A stretch of 64,000 nt of DNA, from the NCBI GenBank assembly GCA_963834385.1, contig CAWIBO010000005.1:384001-448000 (forward strand). Reading direction: 5' to 3'. Under the pieces are notes generated by a model, which saw only the letters and a program-made list of their open reading frames with translations, searched no databases and was not told the origin of the DNA. Every line of letters starts with the position of its first letter. The first letter of the stretch is position 1. The translations under genes and the position numbers were made by a program. This document shows, in pieces, positions 8,466 to 19,161 of this stretch. The DNA comes from an uncultured Verrucomicrobiae bacterium (GTDB lineage Bacteria > Verrucomicrobiota > Verrucomicrobiia > Chthoniobacterales > UBA10450).

Positions 8466-9575
8466 TTAGGCCGCCCCCAGGTTCGAGGGGAGCGTTTTCA
8501 CCGGGGGCAACACATCGCGGAAGGTTGTGCCGTAGATGTCCCAAACGGTCAGGAAAAGTCCGCAGACGATCGGTCCGACAATGAACCCGATCGGGCCGAA
8601 AAGGAAAAGGCCGCCGAGGGTGCCGACGAGGATGAGGAGGTCGGGCATCTTGGCGTCTTTCCCAACGAGGGTCGGCCGGAGGATGTTGTCCACCGTGCCG
8701 ACCACCGCGACGCACCAGGAGGCGAGCAGGATGGCGGCGAGTGTTTGTCCGGTGAGGAAAAGATAGATCACCGCCGGGATCCAGACCAGGGCCGACCCGA
8801 TCCCGGGCACGACGGAGAGCACGGCCATGATCGTGCCCCAAAAAGCGGCCCCGCCAATGCCCGCGACCCAAAAGCCGAGCCCTGCCAGGCCGCCCTGGAT
8901 GATGCCGATGACGATCGTGCCCTTGATGGTCGCGCGCGTGACCGAGGCGAGCTGCTCCAGGACGCGCACCTCGTCCTCATGACTTAACGGTGTGTAATAG
9001 AAAATCTTCCGGAGGATCATGCGACCATCGCGCAGGAAGAAAAACATCGCGTAAAGCATGACGAAGAAATTGAGGATGAAGGTGGCGGTCCCGGCGGTCA
9101 TGCGGGAGACGCCTGTGACGAGAAAGGCGCCGGTCGATTTGGCGACGGCCCCGAGGTTCTCGAGGATCTGTTCCTGGCTCGGCACGTATTCGGCGAGGGC
9201 GGGGAACCGCTGCACGGCCCAATCGTGCATGTCGAGGGTGCGGACCGCGCCGAAATGCTGTTGCAGCCAGGGAATGGCTTCGTTGCTGATGGCGAGCGCC
9301 TGGTTCACCACCACGCCAACAAAGGCGCTGATCGGCCCGACGATGAGGATGAAGAGAAAAAAGAGCGTGATGCCGGCGGCGAGAGAGGAGCGCCCGCCCA
9401 GCTTCGCCACGATCCAGCGGTAAAGGGGGTAGGAAAGCCCGGCGAACATGGCCCCCAAAACGAGCGGCTGCAGGAACGGCCAGGTGACCGCGAGAAACAT
9501 CCCGGAGACCGCGGCCACCAGGAGGAGGACGAAGCCGCTGCGAAAAGCGCTCTGGCTGATTTTCGACTGCTCCAT
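8466..9575 (-). CDS. AI-2E family transporter
   Basis: Multi-TM; FFFLRDG, LSVVPGIGSALVWIP, DNILRP, GFIVGP motifs. Confidence 0.9.
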   Translation of the reverse strand: MEQSKISQSAFRSGFVLLLVAAVSGMFLAVTWPFLQPLVLGAMFAGLSYPLYRWIVAKLGGRSSLAAGITLFFLFILIVGPISAFVGVVVNQALAISNEAIPWLQQHFGAVRTLDMHDWAVQRFPALAEYVPSQEQILENLGAVAKSTGAFLVTGVSRMTAGTATFILNFFVMLYAMFFFLRDGRMILRKIFYYTPLSHEDEVRVLEQLASVTRATIKGTIVIGIIQGGLAGLGFWVAGIGGAAFWGTIMAVLSVVPGIGSALVWIPAVIYLFLTGQTLAAILLASWCVAVVGTVDNILRPTLVGKDAKMPDLLILVGTLGGLFLFGPIGFIVGPIVCGLFLTVWDIYGTTFRDVLPPVKTLPSNLGAA

Positions 9576-9678
9576 GGCGGGCATTATCGCTGCGGGGCGG
9601 GCCGTGGCCATTTTTTTCGCGGTGCCCGCCCGCACGCGGGCTTGCGTTGCGCCCGGGCCTGTCACCTATTGAGCGCGG

Positions 9679-10431
9679 ATGGAACCTTTGCGCCTCGGCG
9701 TTAACATCGATCACGTCGCCACCCTGCGGCAGGTCCGGTATGCGGACATGCCGGAGTCGCGCAATGCCGAGCCTGACCCGATCGCGGCGGCGTCGCTCTG
9801 CGAACGGGTGGGGGCGCACGGGATCACGGCCCATTTGCGCGGGGACCGGCGCCATATCCAGGAGCGCGACATCGAACGTCTCCGCGCCAGCATCGTGACC
9901 AAGCTCAACCTCGAGATGGGGAACACCGCGGAGATTGTCGATTTCGCCCTGCGCATCCAGCCGGACGAAGTCTGTCTTGTCCCCGAGAAACGGCAGGAGG
10001 TGACGACCGAGGGCGGGCTCGACGTGGTCACGCACCGGGCGCAGCTCGCGGGAACGATCAAACGGTTCCATGCCGCCGGGATCCGGGTGAGCCTTTTCAT
10101 CGATCCCGATCCGCCCCAGGTCGCGGCCGCGGCCGGGCTGGAGGCGGAGATCGTGGAACTGCATACCGGCAAACTGGCCAACGCTTTTACGGACAAGTTC
10201 GAGCGCCAGGAACTGGACCGGCTGCGGGCGGCGGCGATCCAGGCGGCCGGCCTGAAGATGCAGGTCAACGCCGGGCACGGCATCAATTACCGGAACATCG
10301 CGCTCATCCACAAGATTCCGCACCTGACCGAATTGAACATCGGGCACGCGATCGTGGCGCGAGCGATCTGGGTGGGCTGGGAAGCGGCCGTGCGCGAGAT
10401 GTTGCAGGCAATGGAGGGTTACCGCGGATGA
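9679..10431 (+). CDS. pdxJ: Pyridoxine 5'-phosphate synthase
   Basis: LGVNIDHVATLRQ, HLRGDRRHI, TTEGGLD, VNAGHG, ELNIGH. Confidence 0.97.
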   Translation: MEPLRLGVNIDHVATLRQVRYADMPESRNAEPDPIAAASLCERVGAHGITAHLRGDRRHIQERDIERLRASIVTKLNLEMGNTAEIVDFALRIQPDEVCLVPEKRQEVTTEGGLDVVTHRAQLAGTIKRFHAAGIRVSLFIDPDPPQVAAAAGLEAEIVELHTGKLANAFTDKFERQELDRLRAAAIQAAGLKMQVNAGHGINYRNIALIHKIPHLTELNIGHAIVARAIWVGWEAAVREMLQAMEGYRG

Positions 10432-10814
10432 GTGTGCTCGGCGTCGGGGTGGACCTGGTGGAAACGGAGCGGATCAATCATTCGCTGGAACGATTCGGCG
10501 ACCGTTTCCTCCACCGCGTGTTCACCGAGGGCGAGATCGAGTATTGCCAGTCGATGAAGTATCCGGCACGCCATTTCGCGGCCCGTTTTGCGGCCAAGGA
10601 AGCGGTCTCGAAAGCGTTCGGCACCGGGATCGGCAAAGCCATTGGCTGGCGCGAGGTTGATGTGCGCAAAAAGGAAAGCGGCGAACCGTATGTGGTGCTG
10701 GACGGCGGAGCGAAGGAACTGGCGGAAGCGCGCGGCGTGATCTCCGTCTGGATCAGCCTGAGCCATACCGATCATCACGCGGTCGCGACCATTGTCTTGC
10801 AGGGATCAACCTGA
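10428..10814 (+). CDS. acpS: Holo-ACP synthase
   Basis: GVGVDLVE, AARFAAKEAVSKAFGTG, ISLSH; follows pdxJ. Confidence 0.97.
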   Translation: MSVLGVGVDLVETERINHSLERFGDRFLHRVFTEGEIEYCQSMKYPARHFAARFAAKEAVSKAFGTGIGKAIGWREVDVRKKESGEPYVVLDGGAKELAEARGVISVWISLSHTDHHAVATIVLQGST

Positions 10815-10815
10815 C

Positions 10816-11574
10816 GTGGCCCTCACCGACAAACTCGACTTCGTCATCGCCGGCGCCCAGAAAGGCGGCACCACCGCGCTGCATTATTTCCTGGAGCAAC
10901 ACCCGCGCATCGTCTTCCCGGGGAAACAGGAGCTCCATTTTTTTGACGACGAGGAACATTTTGCGCGGGGCGGGGGCGACGACGCGCTGGCCGCGAGTTT
11001 TGGACGGGTGCCGCCCGGGGCGGTCACGGGCGAATGCACCCCGGTCTACCTCTACTGGGAGCCGGCCCTGCCACGGATCAAGGCTCACAACCCGGCGATC
11101 AAGATCATCCTTACCCTGCGCAACCCGGTGGAACGGGCCTTCTCGCACTGGAACATGCAACGCCAGCGCGACCTCGAGGACCTTGATTTCCTGGATGCCA
11201 TCGCGGCGGAGCCGACGCGTGCCGCGGAGGAAGCGCCACGGCAATCGCGCCGTTACTCGTATCTCGACCGCGGGTTCTACGGCCGGCAGGTGGAACGGCT
11301 GCTGACGTTTTTCCCGCGCGAACAACTGCACGCGATCCGGTTCGACGACCTGCGCGCGGACGCCCCGGGAACGGTGGCCGGCGTCTGTCATTTTCTCGGG
11401 GTGGAACCGCCGGCCCGCCTGAAAGTGCGCGAGAAAAACACCATCGCCTACGATCGCCGGATGACGGCGCGCGAGCGATCGACCCTGTTGGCGCTCTACG
11501 CCGACGACCTGCAAAAGCTCGAGCAACTGCTCGGCTGGGATTGTTCCGACTGGCGTAACGTTCCGTCCTCCTAG
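10816..11574 (+). CDS. PAPS-dependent sulfotransferase family protein
   Basis: IAGAQKGGTTAL (5'-PSB), KQELHFFD, LRNPVERAFS (3'-PB). Confidence 0.9.
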   Translation: MALTDKLDFVIAGAQKGGTTALHYFLEQHPRIVFPGKQELHFFDDEEHFARGGGDDALAASFGRVPPGAVTGECTPVYLYWEPALPRIKAHNPAIKIILTLRNPVERAFSHWNMQRQRDLEDLDFLDAIAAEPTRAAEEAPRQSRRYSYLDRGFYGRQVERLLTFFPREQLHAIRFDDLRADAPGTVAGVCHFLGVEPPARLKVREKNTIAYDRRMTARERSTLLALYADDLQKLEQLLGWDCSDWRNVPSS

Positions 11575-12312
11575 AGGCGGAAGCGCGGTGTGTGCGCGGG
11601 ATCAGCCGCAAGCAGAGCTTTTGAGCGCACAATGACGGCGCCGGCATCGCGCAGGGTGTCGCGGACTTCCGGCGTCATGTAACGGCCTTCACCCGGCCGC
11701 GGGTTGAAGTCGAGCAAGAGGCGCCCCTCCGGGTTGAGCAGGCGGGAGCGAACGTCGTGAATAAAGAAGCGCCAGTCGTCCGGGGTCCACTCGATCCATT
11801 TGCCGCCGGTGCCCCGCTCCATTTTGTAAAAGCAGATGCGATGCGCGGTCACGAGATCGAACCGTCCGCCGAGATCGGGCAGGGGAACGCCCGCCTCGAT
11901 CCGGTGAATCACGCGCGGGATCCCAAGCATCTCGGTGGTCTCGCGGAAGAGCGGTTGCTCGTCGATGTCGACGCTGACGCCGTCGTGGCCAAGGGCGCGG
12001 CAGACAAACAAGAAATAGTTCGGGCCGCAACCGAGGTCGAGGATGCGCAACGGCGGCGCCTGGTCGAGCCAGAGATCCTGGGCGCGCTCGATGTTTTCCT
12101 TCAGCAGGCGACGCGCATTGGCGAAGCGGTTGATCTTTCGGATGAGTGCCGCCTTCCGGATAGCGTTCCCGGAGACGGGCGAGTTTGGCGGGGTCGATCC
12201 GGGCCAGGATGGGTCCGGCCGGGACCGGATGAGTCCAGCGCCGGGCATGGTCGCGCAGGCTGGCGAGGGCCTCGAGGGTGAGAAGCTTCTCCAGTTTGCG
12301 CGACAGTTTCAT
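11571..12312 (-). CDS. Class I SAM-dependent methyltransferase (indel near 12160)
   Basis: ILDLGCGP, FDLVTA, LNPEG; N-terminus lies in the neighbouring frame. Confidence 0.75.
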
Positions 12313-12407
12313 TCCACGGACACCGTTGGTCAGGACGGGACCGCGCACAAGGCGCGAGAAAGCGCGGGGTGACTTTCGGGGGAATCTTCGGCATCTTGCC
12401 GGCGAAG

Positions 12408-13088
12408 ATGAGCGACCTGGCAACCAACCTGGCGGGGGTGGAGGAACAGATCCGGCGGGCGGCGGCGAAAGCAGGCCGCAACCGGGATGAGATTGAGCTG
12501 GTCGCGGCGAGCAAGAAACAGCCGCCGGAAAAAGTGCGCGCGGCGATCGAGGCGGGTCAGCTGCTCTTCGGCGAAAGCAAGGTGCAGGAGGCCCGGGCCA
12601 AGATCCCGGAGCTGCCCTCCTCGGCCCGGTGGCATTACATCGGGCGGCTGCAAAAGAACAAGGTCCGCCAGGCCCTGCCTCTTTTCGAGATGATCCACAG
12701 CATTGATTCGCTGGCGCTGGCGGAAGACATCGAAAGGATCGCCACGGAGGAAGGGGTTCGCGTCCGGGGATTGCTGCAGGTGAACGTGGCGGGCGAGTCG
12801 AGCAAAGCCGGGTTTTCGCCGGATGGGTTGCGGGAGAACCTCGAGGCCCTGCTGCGGCTTTCGCGGGTGGATATTGTCGGACTGATGACGATCCCGCCGC
12901 TGGCGCCGGAACCGGAACAATCGCGGCCGTTTTTCATCCAGTTGCGCGGGTTGCGTGACGAGTGCGAAAAAGCGGCCGGGATTTCGCTGCCGCATCTTTC
13001 CATGGGGATGAGCAACGACTTCGAGATCGCGATCGAGGAAGGTGCCACCCTCGTGCGGGTGGGCACGGCGCTCTTCGGCGAGAGATAA
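12408..13088 (+). CDS. yggS: YggS family PLP-binding protein
   Basis: [48 protein letters not shown]. Confidence 0.95.
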   Translation: MSDLATNLAGVEEQIRRAAAKAGRNRDEIELVAASKKQPPEKVRAAIEAGQLLFGESKVQEARAKIPELPSSARWHYIGRLQKNKVRQALPLFEMIHSIDSLALAEDIERIATEEGVRVRGLLQVNVAGESSKAGFSPDGLRENLEALLRLSRVDIVGLMTIPPLAPEPEQSRPFFIQLRGLRDECEKAAGISLPHLSMGMSNDFEIAIEEGATLVRVGTALFGER

Positions 13089-13091
13089 TAG

Positions 13092-13122
13092 AAAAGGCGC
13101 GACTCTTTCGAGCCGCGCCTTT
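13092..13122. terminator. Hairpin between convergent genes
   Basis: AAAGGCGCGACTC-TTTC-GAGCCGCGCCTTT. Confidence 0.6.
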
Positions 13123-13147
13123 CCGTTTTACCTCAGTAACGGGGGCG

Positions 13148-14347
13148 TTACTGGAGGGAATAGACTTCGACCACGGCGATGCCGGTGGAACCGCCGCTGC
13201 CCGAGACGATGGCGGTGTACGATTCCGGCGGGAGCCGCATCAGGATGGCGGCTTCGTTGTCGTTCATCGGCGCGAGGCCGGTGGCGGTGATTTCAGCCTC
13301 CTGCGAAGATTTCCAGTTGTCATTCGTGACGATGACGTTGCCGTCCTTGTCGCGAAGGGAAATGACCGGGTCCGCCAGCGTGCCCATGACCGAGCCGGAA
13401 ATGCTGGGACCGATGGCCCGGAGGAGGAAGCGGGCGTTAACCCCACCGCGCGAGATGAAACCGCCGATGAGCACCTCATCACCCGTGCCGACGCGGCCGC
13501 GGGTCGAGATGTTCAGCATGCGCGAACCGGGATTCACCGTGGCGGCGATATCGACCACGGTTTCACCCGAGAGGGCCGCCGGGGCGATGGTCGCGGGGAG
13601 GGTGGCGCCGGCGGGCGCGGTGGCGGCGCCGGTCACCAGGTTGATCGCGTAGAGGTTGCTCGTGCCCGAAACAGTCAGGGCGGCATAGGCCACGCCGCTG
13701 ACGCCCGAGATGTCGAACCCGACTTCGTCGGTGGTATCGACGCCGAGGGAACCAACCGTGTTCAATTTGCCGTCGTTCGGCGGATTTTGGATAACGAGGA
13801 TATCGAGGGAGGAGTCGATGTCATAGAGAACGGTGCCCGCCGCGCCGGCGAAGCTGTTCGTGTAGGCGGCCCCGACAACCTTCGGGTCCTGGCCGTTGTT
13901 CACGTCGCCACTGGCGTAGGCGAGGGAGGCATCAGTGAAACTGAGGGCGCCGTTGTTCGGGTTGACCCGGAGATCCTGGTCGGTGTCGCTGACGATCCGG
14001 ATCCGGTCGACGGTCGGATTGAAATCGAAACCAAAGCGGGTGCCATTGAGGGTGAAGGCCCCGCCGGCGCCGATCTGGGTGGCGACGCCGGTTTCCTGGT
14101 TGATGGAATAGAGACGGCTCTGGCTGCCGAGACCGAAAAGCTCGCCCGTGGCCGGGCGGAAATCGATGCCGACAAGAGAATCACCACTGTTGAGACCGCT
14201 GACGGTGACGGTGCTGGTGACGGTGCCGGGGGAAGCGCTATCAACAGTGAGGAGTCGGTTGCCAGATGTGAGCACGACGATTGACTCCGCTTGCGCAAGG
14301 CTGGCGAAAGTCAGCGCCGTGACGACGCTGAGAAGAAAGGTTTTCAT
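13148..14347 (-). CDS. Secreted DUF4394-like beta-propeller protein with one C-terminal NISTR domain
   Basis: Signal peptide; LVGIDFRPATG, GFDFNPTVDRIR, AAYTNS; tail NISTRGRVGTG..GIAVVEVY. Confidence 0.85.
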   Translation of the reverse strand: MKTFLLSVVTALTFASLAQAESIVVLTSGNRLLTVDSASPGTVTSTVTVSGLNSGDSLVGIDFRPATGELFGLGSQSRLYSINQETGVATQIGAGGAFTLNGTRFGFDFNPTVDRIRIVSDTDQDLRVNPNNGALSFTDASLAYASGDVNNGQDPKVVGAAYTNSFAGAAGTVLYDIDSSLDILVIQNPPNDGKLNTVGSLGVDTTDEVGFDISGVSGVAYAALTVSGTSNLYAINLVTGAATAPAGATLPATIAPAALSGETVVDIAATVNPGSRMLNISTRGRVGTGDEVLIGGFISRGGVNARFLLRAIGPSISGSVMGTLADPVISLRDKDGNVIVTNDNWKSSQEAEITATGLAPMNDNEAAILMRLPPESYTAIVSGSGGSTGIAVVEVYSLQ

Positions 14348-14439
14348 TCTTGCAGGAGATACGGCGGGTGCGGGCCGGCGGATGCGCGCGGGCACTTGAG
14401 TTCGCGGGCGCTCCTCGTAGTCTGCGGGTCTGATGAAGC

Positions 14440-14748
14440 TTGGGATCACAGTCGATCCAGTTGATTGGGAACGAGTTGGCCATCCGCTGGGAGGATGGGG
14501 AGGAGTCCTATCTTCCGTTGGAGTTTTTGCGGCGCGCCTGTCCCTGCGCGAGTTGCGGGGGCGAGCCGGACGTGATGGGAAACCTGGTCCGGCCCGAGGT
14601 GACCTACGGGATGAGCAGCTTTGAGTTGCGCGGCTGGGAGATGGTGGGCGGCTACGCCATCCTGCCGCGGTGGGCCGATGGCCACCAGACCGGGATTTAT
14701 TCCTATGCCTACCTGCGGCGGCTGGCGGCGGCGGCGGGGGAGGGTTGA
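14440..14748 (+). CDS. DUF971 / GBBH-like N-terminal domain protein
   Basis: LRRACPCASC, VGGYA, WADGHQTGIY. Confidence 0.88.
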   Translation: MGSQSIQLIGNELAIRWEDGEESYLPLEFLRRACPCASCGGEPDVMGNLVRPEVTYGMSSFELRGWEMVGGYAILPRWADGHQTGIYSYAYLRRLAAAAGEG

Positions 14749-14775
14749 CGCGGCTGCTAGGATGCCTTTCCGAAG

Positions 14776-15237
14776 ATGAACGCGTGGAGCAAGGCAGGTT
14801 TGATCGTCTTTTTCCTGGCGCTTTGCGCCGTGGCCACGGTGGCCACCCGCCCGTTGCGACGGGCAGCGCCGGCGCCCGATGCGCGCGTGCTCTACGCGGT
14901 GGTCAACAGCCAGCTCGCGGCCTTCCGCGCCCATGACTTCGGCCATGCCTATCTGTTGGCCGCCAGCGGCGTGCAGGAGAAATTTTCCGTGGACGAGTTC
15001 AAGGGGATGATCTTCCGGGAGTTCGCGGAGATGACCACGGAGGAGGGGGTGGAGTTTGGGCGCGCGGAAATGCGCGGCACAAACGCCGTGGTGGAGGTTT
15101 TCATCGAGCACCGTTCCGGCGCTGTCCTTGGTTATTCCTATCTCCTGGCGGCGGAGGAGAACGGCTGGCGGATCGAAGGCGTGGAACCGCTGGCCCGCCA
15201 CCCTCAGCGGCAGGGCACGGCCGGCCTGCGCCTTTGA
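14776..15237 (+). CDS. DUF4864-like secreted protein
   Basis: QLAAFRAHDF..AY..AS..F..F..MI, WRIEGV. Confidence 0.75.
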   Translation: MNAWSKAGLIVFFLALCAVATVATRPLRRAAPAPDARVLYAVVNSQLAAFRAHDFGHAYLLAASGVQEKFSVDEFKGMIFREFAEMTTEEGVEFGRAEMRGTNAVVEVFIEHRSGAVLGYSYLLAAEENGWRIEGVEPLARHPQRQGTAGLRL

Positions 15238-16191
15238 TCAGGAGGGCAGGGTGATCCGCAGGAGCGACGTCCCGGGCGCGCCCGGACGGAGCATCCGGTC
15301 GGTGGCGCCGGCCGGGACGAGGAAGAAATAACCGGGCGCGAGCGAAACCCCCGCGCACTCAATCTGCCCGGAAAGACAGCCGACGATAACAAATTCTCCC
15401 GCGGGCGCGGCCTCGCGCGGCTCCGCCAGCTTCCATTGATCGACGGCAAAACATTCGTGCTCCGCCAGCCGTTCGGCCTCGGGTGAGAGCAGGGGAGGCT
15501 CGATATCGTCAAACTTGATCGAGCGCATGGCCTCCTCGTGATGCAGCGGGCGCGGTTTGCCCGTTCCGCCCGCGCGGTCCCAATCGTAAATCCGGTAGGT
15601 GGTGTCGCTGTTCTGCTGCACCTCGACGATGACGGTCCCGCCGCCGATGGCGTGGACGCGCCCGCTGGGCAGAAACATGGCGTCACCCGTCTTGACCGGC
15701 TGCCGATGCAGCAGGTCGGCCACGGCCGGGGAGGAGAGCGCCTTGGCGAATTCTTTCTTCGTGCAGCCTTTCCGCAGGCCGACATAAAGCTCGGCGCCCG
15801 GGTCGGCATCGACGATCCACCACATCTCCGTCTTGGGCTCGTCGCCAAACTCCTCCGCCACGTCGGCCGGCGGATGGACCTGGACCGAAAGCCGGTCGCG
15901 CGCGTCCAGCAGCTTCACCAGGATGGGGAAATGGGGCAGCTCGGGGCCGGGCCCAAACACCTCGTCGCGGTGGTGCTGCCAGAGCTCGTTCAAGGTTTTC
16001 CCGGCGAACTCGCCCTCGAGGACCACGCTTTGCACCTCGCCACGGTCGACGATTTCCCAGGATTCACCGATGGCCACCTCGGCCGGGAGTTTCTTGCCGA
16101 ACAGTTCCTCGAGCCGGCGGCCGCCCCAGATGCGCTCGATAAAAAGCGGCTGGAACTTGATCGGGCGCAGGGAACGGGCGGATGACGGCAT
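15238..16191 (-). CDS. manA: Mannose-6-phosphate isomerase type I
   Basis: IWGG, GESWE, LVKLLDA..LSVQVHP, KTEMW, HAIG, EVQQNSDTTYRIYD. Confidence 0.93.
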   Translation of the reverse strand: MPSSARSLRPIKFQPLFIERIWGGRRLEELFGKKLPAEVAIGESWEIVDRGEVQSVVLEGEFAGKTLNELWQHHRDEVFGPGPELPHFPILVKLLDARDRLSVQVHPPADVAEEFGDEPKTEMWWIVDADPGAELYVGLRKGCTKKEFAKALSSPAVADLLHRQPVKTGDAMFLPSGRVHAIGGGTVIVEVQQNSDTTYRIYDWDRAGGTGKPRPLHHEEAMRSIKFDDIEPPLLSPEAERLAEHECFAVDQWKLAEPREAAPAGEFVIVGCLSGQIECAGVSLAPGYFFLVPAGATDRMLRPGAPGTSLLRITLPS

Positions 16192-16250
16192 GGCTGCTTT
16201 ATAGTCGCCCCGGCTCGCCTTTGCAAAAAGGATGCGTAAGCTCGGCGCGC

Positions 16251-16706
16251 ATGAAAACCGGGGGATGGAAGCTGATGGCGGGCTGGGTGCCGGCCCTGAT
16301 CTGGATGACGATCATCTTTGTCGGCTCCACCGACCTGATGTCGGCCCCGCACACTTCCCGGTTTTTGGTGCCGTTTTTGCGCTGGCTCGCGCCGGAGATG
16401 GGGGTGGAAACGATTGCGCTGGTGCAGTTCGGTTTGCGGAAGCTGGCGCACGTGGCCGAATACACCATTTTGGCGCTGCTGCTTTGGCGCGGGGTGCGCC
16501 TGAGCCTGCGTCTTTCGCCGCGGCGGGGTGCGCTCCTGGTGGGGCTGATCGGCGTGGTCTACGCCGCCGCCGATGAATGGCACCAGAGCTTTGTCGTTTC
16601 CCGGACCGGCGCGGTGCAGGACGTCCTGATCGACACGATCGGCGTGGCGCTGGGGGTGACGGCGGGCTGGTTCTGGACCGCGCGGAAAAGAAAAAGCGCG
16701 GGTTAA
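16251..16706 (+). CDS. VanZ family membrane protein
   Basis: RKLAHVAEY, YAAADEWHQSFV..RTG..DVLID. Confidence 0.9.
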   Translation: MKTGGWKLMAGWVPALIWMTIIFVGSTDLMSAPHTSRFLVPFLRWLAPEMGVETIALVQFGLRKLAHVAEYTILALLLWRGVRLSLRLSPRRGALLVGLIGVVYAAADEWHQSFVVSRTGAVQDVLIDTIGVALGVTAGWFWTARKRKSAG

Positions 16707-16709
16707 AAG

Positions 16710-16783
16710 TGGGCCTGACTGGGCTCGAACCAGTGACCCTGCGCTTATCAAGCGCATGCTCTAACCAACTGAGCTACAGGCCC
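16710..16783 (-). tRNA. tRNA-Ile(GAT), CCA not encoded
   Basis: GGGCCTGTAGCTCAGTTGGTTAGAGCA TGCGC-TTGATAA-GCGCA GGGTCACTGGTTCGAGCCCAGTCAGGCCCA. Confidence 0.97.
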
Positions 16784-16800
16784 GGAAATTGGGGAGCCCC

Positions 16801-16828
16801 ATCGTAAATGACCTTGTCGGTTTTGCAA
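16801..16828 (-). promoter_or_regulatory. Sigma70-type promoter of tRNA-Ile
   Basis: TTGCAA-16 nt-TACGAT, 17 nt upstream of the tRNA. Confidence 0.65.
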
Positions 16829-16846
16829 CCGCCGTCGGGCGGTTTT

Positions 16847-18087
16847 CTAGTGGCCGGCACGGGGGCGGCGCTGTCGCCACCAACCGACCATCCACGGCGC
16901 CGCTTTTTCGCGGAGACGGGTGAGGGGCGACTCGAAGAAACGGTAGAGCAACGCGCTGACCACGAACGCAAGGAGGACCGCGACCAGGGCGACTCCCCAG
17001 GCGCGGGCGGGGGACGAGTTCGGATCGAGGCCGGCGAAATGCTCCAGGAGGGTAGAAGATGGGGAAATGGGAAAGATAAAGCGCGTAGGACCAGAGGGCG
17101 GTCCGCCGCAGGCTGAGGCTGGCAACGTTCTCCCGGGTCAGTTTCCAGCCCGAGGCGAGGGGGAGGAGCAGGGCGAAACTGAGCGAGACCAGGCTGAAAC
17201 GGAAGGTGCGCGCGAACCAGGTATCGGCGCTCCAGTTCATCCCGGGCCCGGGCGCGGTGAAGAGGGAGACAATAGAGCACCGCGGCCCCGGCGATGCCGA
17301 GGAAGGCGCAGGGCCGGCGCCAGCGTTGCCAGCCCGCGGGGAAGCGGAGCGCGATCCAGGCCGCGACCACCCCCGCCATGAGCGCGTCAAAACGGAGGAG
17401 AACCGGTTTGCGCTGCCATTCCGTCCAGGTGGCTTCCGGCGCCGCGGCGGTGAACAGGCGTCCAAGGGTGGAGAAAAGCAGAAACGCCAGCGCCACCCCC
17501 AGCAGAACGCGATTGAACCGCCGTGTCCCTTGCAGGCAGAGAAAGAGGGCCAGCGGGAAAAGAAGATAGAACCATTCCTCAATCGCGAGGCTCCAGGACT
17601 CGCCGAAGAAGAGCAGGTCGGGGCCGGTCATGTTCCGCAGGAAAAAGGCGTGCCCGACAATTTCCGTGGGCGGAAAAGCACGCCGGTGCAGTCCCCATTC
17701 CAGAAGGAGATTGAGCAGGAGGAAAAGGAAGAAGAGCGGCAGGGTGCGAAACCAGCGGCGCAGGTAAAAGGTGGCGAGCGCATCCGGCCGGGCCAGTTGT
17801 CCGCCCTGGCGGACGAGGATGGTGCCGATGAGGAACCCGCTCAGGACGAAGAAAAGTTCGACCCCGAAGTAGCCGCCGTGGCTGGCATAGGTGGCCCACC
17901 AGGGAAGAGCCAGCTGCGGCAGGCTCAGGAGATGGGCCGCGAGCACGGCCAGCGATGGCGGTCGCCCGGAGGAAATCGAGGCCGAAGATCCGGCCGTGGG
18001 CCGAGTCCCGGTCGAGATGGGAGGGGAAGCCGATTGCGCTCGTCGGAGCCGGGGAGCGTGCGCAGGGGAGGCCCGGGGCGAGGACAT
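16847..18087 (-). CDS. Acyltransferase family 3 (OafA-like), several indels
   Basis: GVELFFVLSGFLI, FYLRRWFRTLP, SWSLAIEEWFYL, RFDAL, SYALYLSH, YRFFE split over three frames. Confidence 0.85.
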
Positions 18088-18184
18088 GGGCGGGAGGGTA
18101 ACCGGCTCAATGAACCGGGGCAACGCCGGGACTTTTCCGGGCAATAGGCTTGACAGAGCGGCGCGTGGACGAAACAAACGTCTC

Positions 18185-18943
18185 ATGAACAAGCAACTTC
18201 TGGCCGGGGTCGTCGCCACCCTGGCCCTGGGCGTGTTCCCGCTGGCGGCAGGTGAAAACGTGGCATTCGACGCGAAAGACGCCAAGCTGATGCCGGAAAC
18301 GCCGGTGGCTCCGCCGCCATGCACCTGGACCGGGTTCTACACCGGCCTGCATGTCGGCTACGGGTTCGGCGATGTGAGCCTGAACGAGTTGAATGAAGAT
18401 GACCCGGTTTACCATCTTGACCTTGCGGGCGTAATCCTCGGAGGGCAACTCGGCTACAACTACCAGATCGGCATGATCGTGCTCGGAGTGGAGGGAGAGT
18501 TTTCCTGGACGGATTTTGATGATCGCGACGACATCACCCAGCCGCAGGACGAGGAGTCGAAGAACGGCTATGTGGAGTCAGATTACCGTGCGACCCTGGC
18601 CGGCCGGATCGGCCTGAGCCTCGGCAACAACCGGTTCCTCCCTTATTTCAAGGCCGGCGGCGCCTTCATGAGCTTCGACTACGCTGTGATCGACCGGGAA
18701 TTCGAAAGCGGCGACACCGAGGAATGGCACGCGGACAAGGATCAGCTCGTGCCGATGATCGGGGCTGGGATTGAGTATGCGATCAATTGCCAGTGGTCGG
18801 TGAAGGTCGAGTACAAGCATTATTTCCTCGAGAACAACGATGTGAAGAGTCTGGAGAGCGACGGCGAAGAGATTGACGCGCGCACCTACCGGGTAAAGAA
18901 CGACCTTGATTCGGTCGAGGTCGGCTTGAACTACCGTTTTTAG
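18185..18943 (+). CDS. Outer membrane beta-barrel protein (Omp25/RopB-like)
   Basis: Signal peptide, WTGFYTG, GGQLGYNYQ, GAGIEYA, WSVKVEY, terminal GLNYRF. Confidence 0.9.
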   Translation: MNKQLLAGVVATLALGVFPLAAGENVAFDAKDAKLMPETPVAPPPCTWTGFYTGLHVGYGFGDVSLNELNEDDPVYHLDLAGVILGGQLGYNYQIGMIVLGVEGEFSWTDFDDRDDITQPQDEESKNGYVESDYRATLAGRIGLSLGNNRFLPYFKAGGAFMSFDYAVIDREFESGDTEEWHADKDQLVPMIGAGIEYAINCQWSVKVEYKHYFLENNDVKSLESDGEEIDARTYRVKNDLDSVEVGLNYRF

Positions 18944-19161
18944 GTTATTTCCTGACCGCAGAGTTCCTCGATCGGGCTCCGCCTGGCCCCGAGGGCGCCG
19001 GCATTCTCGGGAGGGCGCCGAGGAATAAGCTTGACCGGGTGCTGGCTGTTTCCTCAGCCTGCCGATAGCCGCGCAAGCGGCGGGCGACAAATTCCGCGAA
19101 TCGATGCCGCACATCGGGTTCTGCGTTTGCCGAGGGATACCCCGTTAATTGGATCGGCACT